Assembly: GCA_028711795.1 (NCBI GenBank) | Contig: JAQTRN010000001.1 | Span: forward strand, 14,080-40,493 | Length of the DNA: 26,414 bases | From: Dehalococcoidales bacterium | Lineage (GTDB): Bacteria; Chloroflexota; Dehalococcoidia; Dehalococcoidales; JAQTRN01 | Reading direction: 5' to 3' | Shown here: in pieces, positions 14,125 to 22,024 of the stretch | Layout: each line of letters begins with the position of its first letter | Position numbering within the stretch: position 1 is the stretch's first letter | Made by a program: the position numbers and the translations under genes | Notes under the pieces: generated by a model | Told to the model about the DNA's origin: nothing | What the model saw: the letters and a program-made list of their open reading frames with translations, nothing else | Database searches by the model: none

Positions 14125-15918
14125 ATGATAATCAGATTTGAACCATCAGGCACGCAGGTACACAAAGGGCAGCTTAAAGTCCGGCTGGATTTATACCCCG
14201 AAACCGGAGAGAAAAGCTACGCCCAGAACTATGTCAACGTGCCGGTGTTCCCTGACCCGGCCAAGCCGCTAGGGGGCTATCCGGGGAAAATCAACGCCGA
14301 TGGTTCCCCCGTCAATCAGAAACAGTACGATAACTGGGTAGCCTCCCTTCCTCATATCTGGCAACTAAACCCCTGCCTATGCGTGTTCGTCTCGGTAGGC
14401 CAGGATGTTAGTAAAGCCCTTTTAACCGAGTGGGTAGGCGACCTGTGGACGCCGAACGTGCTGGCGACCATAGACGATTGTATGATTCGGGCCAACTCCG
14501 CCCACCTGATAAGCCCCTATATGAACGGGCGAAACAAGGCGAGGACACAGTTATCCACCGCTAAGACTTTAAGTTTTGACGAGCAGCACAAGACCATCGT
14601 CAATACCCTGCTGGCGGGCTTCTCTATTAGCGGGCAGGCTGGCGGGACGATTGAGCGGGTTGAGCCGGGGAGTATTGACGTAGGCGCAGCAGCCACTGAC
14701 CGAGCCTCGTCAACATCAATATCAACCTACACCTTAATCAGTATAGAAAATCCCGCTAATGCCACAGGCACGATTGATACTGTTGAGGTATTCGCTGCCG
14801 TTAATGTATCCAATGGCGAAGTGGCTATCTTCTACGTTGTATCGGGGAACAACCTATCCACCAGGGACACGCATACCATTGGTAACTTCAGCGCAGGGAG
14901 CAAGGTAACCGTCTCCGGGATTAGCGACTTTAACGTAACCTCCGGGGATTATATCGGTATTCACGGTACGGCCGGTAGTATTGAACGTGATAGTAGCGGG
15001 TCGGGGTATTGGAGATATTCCGGGGATTCCATTCCGTGTACCGACCTGACCCACGATGTATCCACTGACCGGACACAAAGCCTCTACGCCACCGGCACCG
15101 AGGCGGGGCCGACTGAATATAATCTCTCCGTCACTGATGGGCTCTTAATCGGAGACACTAAAACCGCAGCGATGACGGCTGGGGTAGCTGTAACTGACGG
15201 CCTTAAGTCGGGTGATACCACTTCCGAGCTGGGGACAATGGCGACGGCTCTCACGGACGGGCTGGAAGTTGGAGACGTGAACTCAATCCTACCCCTGCTG
15301 GAAATACTAGACGGACTGATTACTGGGGATACCCCGGTCTCGGAAATGAGTGCTGATGCAAGCCTGACTGACGGGGTCAGTATTGGGGATATCGCACAAG
15401 CCCTTGCCACAATGAACGTCCAGGTAACGGACGGGTTGACGCTCGGCGACCTGGCTGTAATTGAACTGGCCGCCGGTATTTTCTACCTGACCGTCACGGA
15501 CGGGCTGAAGGCCGGGGACTCGCCCCTTGCTGAAATGCTTTCCAGCCTGACTTTATCAGACGGGACTAAACTAGGCGACTCGCCGCTTATTACCGCACTA
15601 GCCAACCTATCCCTGACTGACGGGGCAAAAATAGGCGATACCACCCTGGGCTGCATGCTGGCTGCTCTCACCCTGGCTGATGGACTGACAATCGGCGATG
15701 CCACTTTAACCAATATAATATCCGCTGTCTTCAACCTCTCCGTCACCGATGGCGTGAAACTAGGGGACAGTATCACCGGGCTGATATTACTGAAAACCTA
15801 TCTCCGGCAAGCGATAGCCCGGATGCCCGCTGAAAGGGTGGGGCTGGCCAAGATGGACGTTAACCGGATGAGGCTGGCAAGATTGGCGCTCTACCGATGG
15901 CTGACGAGGGAGTTCTAA
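14125..15918 (+). CDS. Putative head/neck fibre protein with TDGLxxGD repeats
   Basis: 597 aa: N-terminal globular domain, Ser/Thr/Gly-rich beta domain, 11 repeats, basic C-terminus; lies in the head-to-neck interval. Confidence 0.65.
   Translation: MIIRFEPSGTQVHKGQLKVRLDLYPETGEKSYAQNYVNVPVFPDPAKPLGGYPGKINADGSPVNQKQYDNWVASLPHIWQLNPCLCVFVSVGQDVSKALLTEWVGDLWTPNVLATIDDCMIRANSAHLISPYMNGRNKARTQLSTAKTLSFDEQHKTIVNTLLAGFSISGQAGGTIERVEPGSIDVGAAATDRASSTSISTYTLISIENPANATGTIDTVEVFAAVNVSNGEVAIFYVVSGNNLSTRDTHTIGNFSAGSKVTVSGISDFNVTSGDYIGIHGTAGSIERDSSGSGYWRYSGDSIPCTDLTHDVSTDRTQSLYATGTEAGPTEYNLSVTDGLLIGDTKTAAMTAGVAVTDGLKSGDTTSELGTMATALTDGLEVGDVNSILPLLEILDGLITGDTPVSEMSADASLTDGVSIGDIAQALATMNVQVTDGLTLGDLAVIELAAGIFYLTVTDGLKAGDSPLAEMLSSLTLSDGTKLGDSPLITALANLSLTDGAKIGDTTLGCMLAALTLADGLTIGDATLTNIISAVFNLSVTDGVKLGDSITGLILLKTYLRQAIARMPAERVGLAKMDVNRMRLARLALYRWLTREF
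15121..15769 (+). repeat. Eleven coding repeats of 18-23 aa, consensus xLx(V/L)(T/S)DG(L/V)xxGD
   Basis: Counted in the translation from NLSVTDGLLIGD to NLSVTDGVKLGD. Confidence 0.85.
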
Positions 15919-15919
15919 G

Positions 15920-16258
15920 ATGACAACGACCTACGACATTACTAATTCTGTGGGACAGGTTAGGCTAATAATCAGTGACACTGTGATAGCCACTGCCCAT
16001 TTTACCGACGAGGAAATCACCTATTTTCTGACGGCTAACGGCAACTCGGTTAATTTAGCGGCGGCTCAAGCCTTGGAAGCGTGGGCGGCCTCTTATGCGG
16101 CCAACGCCGACAGCGAACATATCGGGGATTACGCCTACGCTCAGACGATTACCAAGAAGATGCTCGACCTGGCGGCCAGATTAAGGGAAACGGAAGCCAC
16201 TACACCTGTCTTAGATTGGGCGGAAATGACGCTGGTTGAAGAGGAAGAGGACGAATAA
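15920..16258 (+). CDS. Head-tail connector/adaptor (HK97 gp6 / SPP1 gp15-like)
   Basis: VRLIISD...FTDEEI..FL...NLAAAQALE pattern; position. Confidence 0.75.
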   Translation: MTTTYDITNSVGQVRLIISDTVIATAHFTDEEITYFLTANGNSVNLAAAQALEAWAASYAANADSEHIGDYAYAQTITKKMLDLAARLRETEATTPVLDWAEMTLVEEEEDE

Positions 16259-16440
16259 TGGCTAGTCCAACGATAAATGTACCAATTCAGCACGCTTTGC
16301 AAAACGTAACTCTGACAGTGAAAATCACGGGGCTGATTAAATGGCGCTTTCAATTATGGCTGGCAACCCAGCTCATTAAGCTGGCGGCCATTATCCTGAA
16401 TATGGGGATAGAACTTTCAACGGACGTGAAAGGGCTATGA
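16258..16440 (+). CDS. Small hydrophobic hypothetical protein
   Basis: TAATG and ATGA overlaps with both neighbours; RBS GAGGA; 60 aa. Confidence 0.6.
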   Translation: MASPTINVPIQHALQNVTLTVKITGLIKWRFQLWLATQLIKLAAIILNMGIELSTDVKGL

Positions 16441-16763
16441 GCTACGAATCTCTCCTTGTCAACACCTGCGACATCTCCCGTTTTACCGCGGGCGCGCAGG
16501 ACGAATACGGCAATCCGGCGAAGGCGTGGGCCGTTTTGCATGATGACGAACCCTGCCGATGGTCGACGCCCAAAAACAGGGAAGTCAAAGTCGGGGCCGA
16601 AGTCGTTATAGCCGACCTGCAATTATTCCTGGGCGACGTCGATATCACCGAACAGGATAGAGTCGTATTGGACAGCCTGACTTACGAGGTGCTTTCCGTA
16701 GCTGACAGGCAGGACGCCATCGGGAATCATCACGTCGAATGTATGTTAAGGGTCATCCAATAA
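16437..16763 (+). CDS. Head closure/stopper protein (SPP1 gp16-like)
   Basis: D.YGNP..W, DITEQDRVVLD..TYEV.SV...H.E pattern. Confidence 0.75.
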   Translation: MSYESLLVNTCDISRFTAGAQDEYGNPAKAWAVLHDDEPCRWSTPKNREVKVGAEVVIADLQLFLGDVDITEQDRVVLDSLTYEVLSVADRQDAIGNHHVECMLRVIQ

Positions 16764-17137
16764 TGGAAATCAAAGTATCAATCGAACTTAACCTCAAAGA
16801 CAAAGAGGTCACGGAAGCGGTCACGAAGGCGGCTCAAAACGCTATGCGTGACACCGTGGTGGAAGTGGCGAACGACGCTATCCACCACAGCCCGAGAGAC
16901 ACGGGCAACAATATGCGCTCCATCATGTACGAGTCAAGCGGGTCACAGGGCACCGGGACAGAGGGGATTGTCGCGACGACTAAAATCGGGGGAGCCGTTT
17001 ACGGGACGAGCGGCTATTCGGGTTATCTCGAAACGGGAACTCGCCGCATGGCCGCACGTCCCTACTTCAAGCCCGCTCTTGATTTACATTTCTCTCTTGA
17101 GAAGTTCGTCAACAAGATGAAGGGGTATCTCAAGTGA
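16763..17137 (+). CDS. HK97 gp10-like tail completion protein
   Basis: Start moved to ATG 16763; PRDTGNNMRSI and YSGYLETGTRRMAARPYFKPA motifs. Confidence 0.85.
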   Translation: MEIKVSIELNLKDKEVTEAVTKAAQNAMRDTVVEVANDAIHHSPRDTGNNMRSIMYESSGSQGTGTEGIVATTKIGGAVYGTSGYSGYLETGTRRMAARPYFKPALDLHFSLEKFVNKMKGYLK

Positions 17138-17532
17138 TTGAAACCAACAGCGTCATTAGGGCGCACCTGGCTGCCGATGCCGGGCTGATTGCCCTTGTCG
17201 GCATCAGGGTATACGTCCCACGTCTCCCGGAAAACGCCGCTCTTCCGGCTGTGGGACTGTTCACCCGCGGGGGCACGTCCACGCCTTACATCCCAACTAT
17301 CCCCAGCCCGTCGGTACAGATAGACTGCTGGGGGAGGACGCCCCAGGAAGCCCGCCAAGTGTACCGGGCCGTATACGATGCGCTTCAGGGAATCCAAAAC
17401 GTCACCGTCACCATCGGGCTGACTGATTACGTAATACTGGCCTCCCGGGAAGAAGTACAGGGGCAGGACCTGGCCGACGAGCTTCAAGGGTACTACCGGG
17501 TACTTACCTTCTTTGAGGTAATGTTAAGGTAA
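17134..17532 (+). CDS. Tail terminator protein (DUF3168 / SPP1 gp17-like)
   Basis: L.ALVG.RVY.P..PE...LP, VQIDCWG.T..EA..V..AV..AL pattern; GTGA overlap. Confidence 0.8.
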   Translation: MIETNSVIRAHLAADAGLIALVGIRVYVPRLPENAALPAVGLFTRGGTSTPYIPTIPSPSVQIDCWGRTPQEARQVYRAVYDALQGIQNVTVTIGLTDYVILASREEVQGQDLADELQGYYRVLTFFEVMLR

Positions 17533-17553
17533 CGCTTTATATTCCCAATCCCA

Positions 17554-17578
17554 GAGCCCCCGCAGAGGGGGCTTTTTC
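17554..17578 (+). terminator. Rho-independent terminator-like hairpin
   Basis: AGCCCCC GCAGA GGGGGCT followed by TTTT; similar in sequence to 7864-7888. Confidence 0.7.
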
Positions 17579-17607
17579 ATTTCTCAAGAAATTAAACGGA
17601 GGTAAAT

Positions 17608-18138
17608 ATGGGCACTACTGCAAACGTACTCGTTGGTGTTGCTACCGTAACAATCACCTGCGCGGCCAACCAATCCGGCGGTCTACAGGAATCGGGCACG
17701 GCCTCCATCACCGGATTCTACACCGTTGATGGGGTGAGCGTGACCGTCCGCAGTTCCTTCGCCGATATCAAGGTGGAGGAAAACGTCGGGACGGTGATTC
17801 GCCGCCTGACCGACCAGGAAATGCTCGTTACCCTGACCTTTGCGGAGGGGACGCTAGACAATCTGGTGGCGGCCATCGCCGGTTCCGCAATTAACGCCGG
17901 GGGCACCGTTGTTACTATCGGCGGAGGCCTGGCCGGTGACCCACTGCTTCAGGATTTTGAACTGGATATCGTCGGTGTCAATCCCGCCGGCGCAGCTCGT
18001 ACCATCAATATCCCCCACTGCAACCCCACGGGAGAAGTTGGAATCCCCTACAAGAAGGGCGAGGTTTCCGTTGTGCCGGTGACCTTCTCCGCCCTGGTCT
18101 CTGATGCGGGCGTGTTCGCCACGATTACCGACGCATAG
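17608..18138 (+). CDS. Major tail (tube) protein, paralog 1
   Basis: Position after the tail terminator; RBS GGAGGT; beta-rich 176 aa with YKKGEVSVVPVTFSAL. Confidence 0.85.
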   Translation: MGTTANVLVGVATVTITCAANQSGGLQESGTASITGFYTVDGVSVTVRSSFADIKVEENVGTVIRRLTDQEMLVTLTFAEGTLDNLVAAIAGSAINAGGTVVTIGGGLAGDPLLQDFELDIVGVNPAGAARTINIPHCNPTGEVGIPYKKGEVSVVPVTFSALVSDAGVFATITDA

Positions 18139-18149
18139 GAAGGTGAAAA

Positions 18150-18953
18150 ATGGTTGCGACAGCTAACGTATTGGTAGGCACGGCGGAAATCACCCTCGGC
18201 GTCGGGGTGTCCGCCGTTGTCATCGGTTATACGGTGGACGGGGTGAATATGACCGTCCGTTCAAGTTTCTTCGACGCCAAAGTGGATGAGAACGAAGGCA
18301 CGATTATCCGCCGGCTGACTGACCAGGAGGTCTTGGTAACGCTCAACGTGGCGGAAGGCGCTATTGCTAACCTGGCGGCTGCTATACCTGGCAGCGACCT
18401 CACCGGCGCCGTCCTCACCGTCGGCGGGAGTGCTCTACAGGCTCACCGCCTTACCCTCAAGGGAATCAACCCCGCCGGGTATCCGCGTGTCATCATCCTC
18501 ACGTCAGTAAACCCGACCGGTGAAGTGACTACCCCTTATAAAAAGGGCGAGGTTACTGTCGTCCCGATGCAGTTCTCGGCGCTGGTAGCCGATGCCGGGA
18601 CGTTCGGCACTGTCCTGGACGCGGCGGCCGTCGCCCCTACACTGTTAGTCGGGGCCAGCACCAAGAGCAACGCCGCAGGGACAATCATCGAGGCCAAGTT
18701 CTCTGCGAACATGGCTACTCCGGTCGGCAAACACCTGGAGTTCTGGTTTACGGAGGCCGACTTTGGGAGTGTCCGAGCTTTCAGCGCAGCCGCTCTAAAC
18801 GCCGACATTACCATCATCAACCTGACAGTAAGCGGTGTAGCCATCACCGCCGGGAAGGCCCTGGCCTTGTACTACAGGCTAGGGTCAGTCACGTCGGCGG
18901 CTGTCGGTGTGCTGGCCTCATTCACCGCCCAGGCAGTAGTTGCCAGACCATAG
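18150..18953 (+). CDS. Tail tube paralog 2 with C-terminal Ig-like (SwmB-like) domain
   Basis: Shares TANVLVG, YTVDGV, TVRSSF, IRRLTDQE, NPTGEV and PYKKGEV with paralog 1; about 105-aa extension PTL...IEAKFSANM...INLTVS...LYY. Confidence 0.8.
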   Translation: MVATANVLVGTAEITLGVGVSAVVIGYTVDGVNMTVRSSFFDAKVDENEGTIIRRLTDQEVLVTLNVAEGAIANLAAAIPGSDLTGAVLTVGGSALQAHRLTLKGINPAGYPRVIILTSVNPTGEVTTPYKKGEVTVVPMQFSALVADAGTFGTVLDAAAVAPTLLVGASTKSNAAGTIIEAKFSANMATPVGKHLEFWFTEADFGSVRAFSAAALNADITIINLTVSGVAITAGKALALYYRLGSVTSAAVGVLASFTAQAVVARP

Positions 18954-18970
18954 AACAGAAAGGGGAGAGA

Positions 18971-19357
18971 ATGGAAAGAACGGAAGAGGACAAACTCACT
19001 CAATCGCCAATCACGGTATCACTGGGGGGCAGGGATTATCAAGTCCGCCCCCTGGTGATCCGGGAGTCAAGAGAGTGGCGGAAGCAGCTCATTAAGGCTT
19101 TCGCTCAATTACCTCAATACATCAATGCCACCACCGACGAGCCGGAAGGATTCACCAAAGCCCTCAATGCCATGCTCGTTGAAATGCCTGATATGGTGAC
19201 CGACCTCTTTTTCTCTTATGCCAAAGAACTTATCCGGGAAGAGATAGAGGGCGTCGCGACGGATGCGGAACTCTCGAAAGCCTTTGAGGAGGTGATGGCC
19301 TTCGCCTTCCCTTTAGCACAAACACTCACAAAGGTACTGGGGAAGGCCAGTCCCTAG
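18971..19357 (+). CDS. Tail assembly chaperone (lambda gpG analogue)
   Basis: Position between tube and tape measure; acidic helical 128 aa; slippery C CCT TTA near the 3' end. Confidence 0.8.
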   Translation: MERTEEDKLTQSPITVSLGGRDYQVRPLVIRESREWRKQLIKAFAQLPQYINATTDEPEGFTKALNAMLVEMPDMVTDLFFSYAKELIREEIEGVATDAELSKAFEEVMAFAFPLAQTLTKVLGKASP

Positions 19358-19593
19358 CCTCTGCTTTTGAGTTCTTAATGGCTGAGTGGCACGTCACGCC
19401 GGATTACATCGTGACCCACTGGACAGAGGAACTTTTAGAACTGATGATAAGCAAGCTCACCGAACGCAAGACGCGGGAAGTAGAAGCCGTGAAAGGCCCG
19501 AAGAGCGTGAACCCCGTATCAAACGACCAGATAGTTTCTGATAAGGCGCTCTTCAATGAGCTTGGCGTCAAGCTAAAGGTGAATAAGGCTTAA
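19309..19593 (+). CDS. -1 frameshift extension of the chaperone (gpGT analogue), includes ORF 19378..19593
   Basis: The -1 frame is open from 19288 to TAA 19591-19593; ATG 19378 has no RBS. Confidence 0.75.
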   Translation, partial: PFSTNTHKGTGEGQSLASAFEFLMAEWHVTPDYIVTHWTEELLELMISKLTERKTREVEAVKGPKSVNPVSNDQIVSDKALFNELGVKLKVNKA

Positions 19594-19817
19594 ACGGCGT
19601 CGGCTAATTTATTGTAAAGCCGTTTCCCTTCATTATCCCGGCAGGCTGACAGCGTTCTCAAAATCTTCCTGGCCTTCGCTTTATCAATCGTCCCGCTATC
19701 CAGCATCTCCTGGGCTTGCTTCTTGGCCCGGCTCTGACTCATTACGAGAATCATAGCTAACGGGACGGCAAGCAAAACCCCCAACACAACAAGCCCGATA
19801 AATATAGCGATTATCAT
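19590..19817 (-). CDS. Small membrane protein in an antisense moron
   Basis: RBS AGGAGGT; N-terminal hydrophobic helix IIAIFIGLVVLGVLLAVPLAMILVM followed by a basic helical domain; 75 aa. Confidence 0.8.
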   Translation of the reverse strand: MIIAIFIGLVVLGVLLAVPLAMILVMSQSRAKKQAQEMLDSGTIDKAKARKILRTLSACRDNEGKRLYNKLADAV

Positions 19818-19840
19818 TTCCCGACCTCCTATCCTAACCG

Positions 19841-19872
19841 ATTATACACGTCCCGATTAACTAATTTGTCAA
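19841..19872 (-). promoter_or_regulatory. Candidate promoter for the moron
   Basis: Perfect TATAAT (19846-19841); TTGACA (19872-19867) is present but the spacer is 20 nt, which is non-canonical. Confidence 0.5.
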
Positions 19873-19882
19873 GAGGTGTAAC

Positions 19883-22024
19883 GTGGCAATTTCCGTGGGA
19901 GACGCTTTACTCAAGCTCGGTGTAGATTCATCCGAGCTTGATAAGGATATGAAAAAGGCCGTTGACAAAATCAAGGGCGATATGCGGACGTTCGGCCTTG
20001 CCCTAACCGCAATCGGGGCCTCCATTACCGGGACGTTAGCCCTCGCCACCAAATCGGCCATGGAGGTGGAATCTACCAAGACCGCATTTGAGAACCTGGC
20101 CAAGTCAAACCGCCAATCGGCAGACGAGATTCTATCAGCTATGAAGGACGCCTCAAAAGGGACAATAGCGGCCAGCGATTTGATGCTCTCGGCTAACCGG
20201 GCGATGGTATTGGGAGTGGCCACTAACACCGAGCAATTCAAGACACTGATGGAGATTGCCCGGGACCGGGCCCGAGCGATGGGTCTGACCGTGACACAGG
20301 CGTTTGACAACATCGTGACCGGTATCGGCAGAGGTTCCCCCCTCATTCTGGATAACCTCGGGTTGGTTATTGATGCGGCAAAGGCTAACGAGGTTTACGC
20401 TAAATCGTTAGGTAAAACCGCCGACCAGCTAACCGAGGCCGAAAAACAGCAGGCTTTGCTTAACGAAGTCCTGAAACAGGGCCAATCCTCAATAGATAAA
20501 TCCGCTCAGGCCACAATGACAACCTCCGAAATCTTCCAGGCGCTTAAAGCCTCAATCGGAGATTTGGTGGCCGCCATCGGCAAGAATCTTCTCCCCACTA
20601 TCAAAAACCTATTCAACACTATCAAACCCCTCATAGACGGGCTAATCAAGTGGATGAAGGCCCACCCCGACCTCGCCAAAAACATCGTCATATTAACAGG
20701 TGTACTGGGCGGCCTCTTTTCTATCATCGGGCCTCTATTGCTAGCCCTCCCCGCGTTAGGAGCCGCTTTTCACGCTGCGCTTGGCCCGGTTGGGTTAGTC
20801 ACGCTTGCCATTACTGCCCTGATAGTCGCCGGCACCGCCCTGTATCTCAACTGGGACAAGGTGACTAAATTCTTCAAAGATTCCTGGACTAACATCAAGC
20901 TCTTCTTCCTGGAGGGCGTTAAGTCAAACCTGGAATCCCTCTCGATGCTGACACGATTCATCCCTGGACTGAATAGAGCGGTGGAAGAAGCCAAAGCTCG
21001 TATACAGGGGATGATTGACGCCGAGAAGGTAGGCCGGGATGCCCGGGCGATGACCTCCACTATTAAGTCGGAACTGGAAAAACAGAAACAGGCCGAGCTT
21101 GATTTCCTTGCGGTAAAGAAGGGTATAGCCGCTAATGAGCTTGCCCTCGCCCGTAAAAATCACGACGCCAAGATTGACCTGCTCCAAAAAGAGTACGACG
21201 AGAAAATCAAGACCCTGAACGCCGAGACTGATTACGCAGTCAAGGCAATCCAAGACCAGATAGATGCCATTGATGCTCAAACGGATGCGGAAGAGCTGGC
21301 CATTACACGGGCCGAAGAGCAGAGGCGTCTGGCCGAACTGGAGGGCGCTTATTTATCAGCCGAAACTGCCGAAGAGAAGGCTGCGGCTAAAAAAGCCTAT
21401 GAGGAATACGGGACACAGGTAGCCCGTAACGAGATATTAAGACAACGGGATGCCGAAAAGGACGCCCTCCGTGATGCGATGGACGACCTTCGCACAAGGG
21501 CGGAGGCCGAGGCCGGCAGATTAGAGAAGGAACTTGAGGCCAACAAAACCCACGAGAATAACCTGTTGACCCTGGCCGAGGAGCACGAGAAGAACGTCGC
21601 TGCAGCTCTTGGCCGGGAAGAAGAAATGCTAACCGCCTCTTTTGAAACCCGGCTGACTGACGCCGCAGTTTATCAGGCTGCCCTAGAAGCTACCCTGAAA
21701 GACGTTAATCAGACAGTGACGGTTACCACCGTCAACCGGACGGAGAGCGAGTCCTTTGCGGGTAATGCTTACGAAGCTCCCAGGGGGCAAGTCCAATATT
21801 TTGCCCAGGGGGGAATGATCACCGAACCGACCTTGCTATCAAGGCTCTCGGACATGCGCCCTTATGCCATTGCTGGGGAGCGTGGCCCGGAGCGGGTGGC
21901 CCCTGTTGCCGCTGGTTATCAGACGGCCAACATCTACATTCAGCTTGACGGGCGCACGCTGGCGCAGGTGGTAGGGCAGCCCCTGGTTGACCTGATTAGA
22001 GTCAAAACGGGAGTGAGAATCTAA
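19883..22024 (+). CDS. Tape measure protein
   Basis: GTG with AAGAGG; Ala/Leu-rich helical 713 aa; central hydrophobic segments; C-terminal FAQGG...AGERGPERV...IQLDGR.LAQ.V motifs. Confidence 0.92.
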   Translation: MAISVGDALLKLGVDSSELDKDMKKAVDKIKGDMRTFGLALTAIGASITGTLALATKSAMEVESTKTAFENLAKSNRQSADEILSAMKDASKGTIAASDLMLSANRAMVLGVATNTEQFKTLMEIARDRARAMGLTVTQAFDNIVTGIGRGSPLILDNLGLVIDAAKANEVYAKSLGKTADQLTEAEKQQALLNEVLKQGQSSIDKSAQATMTTSEIFQALKASIGDLVAAIGKNLLPTIKNLFNTIKPLIDGLIKWMKAHPDLAKNIVILTGVLGGLFSIIGPLLLALPALGAAFHAALGPVGLVTLAITALIVAGTALYLNWDKVTKFFKDSWTNIKLFFLEGVKSNLESLSMLTRFIPGLNRAVEEAKARIQGMIDAEKVGRDARAMTSTIKSELEKQKQAELDFLAVKKGIAANELALARKNHDAKIDLLQKEYDEKIKTLNAETDYAVKAIQDQIDAIDAQTDAEELAITRAEEQRRLAELEGAYLSAETAEEKAAAKKAYEEYGTQVARNEILRQRDAEKDALRDAMDDLRTRAEAEAGRLEKELEANKTHENNLLTLAEEHEKNVAAALGREEEMLTASFETRLTDAAVYQAALEATLKDVNQTVTVTTVNRTESESFAGNAYEAPRGQVQYFAQGGMITEPTLLSRLSDMRPYAIAGERGPERVAPVAAGYQTANIYIQLDGRTLAQVVGQPLVDLIRVKTGVRI

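Noticed and set aside
15121-15769. CRISPR-like array
   Set aside because: The repeats are degenerate, in frame and conserved at protein level. There are no identical DNA repeats with unique spacers.
9722-15918. Diversity-generating retroelement acting on cement or fibre C-termini
   Set aside because: No reverse transcriptase, and no roughly 100-nt repeat pair differing only at adenines was seen in the window. One outside the window cannot be excluded.
18130-18155. Read-through or frameshift fusion of the two tail tube genes
   Set aside because: The genes are in different frames, paralog 2 has its own RBS (GGAAGGTG), and I see no slippery heptamer at the junction.
19339-19345. G GGG AAG as the chaperone slippery site
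   Set aside because: It looks like lambda GGGAAAG, but the A-site codon AAG cannot re-pair well on GAA. C CCT TTA fits the consensus better.
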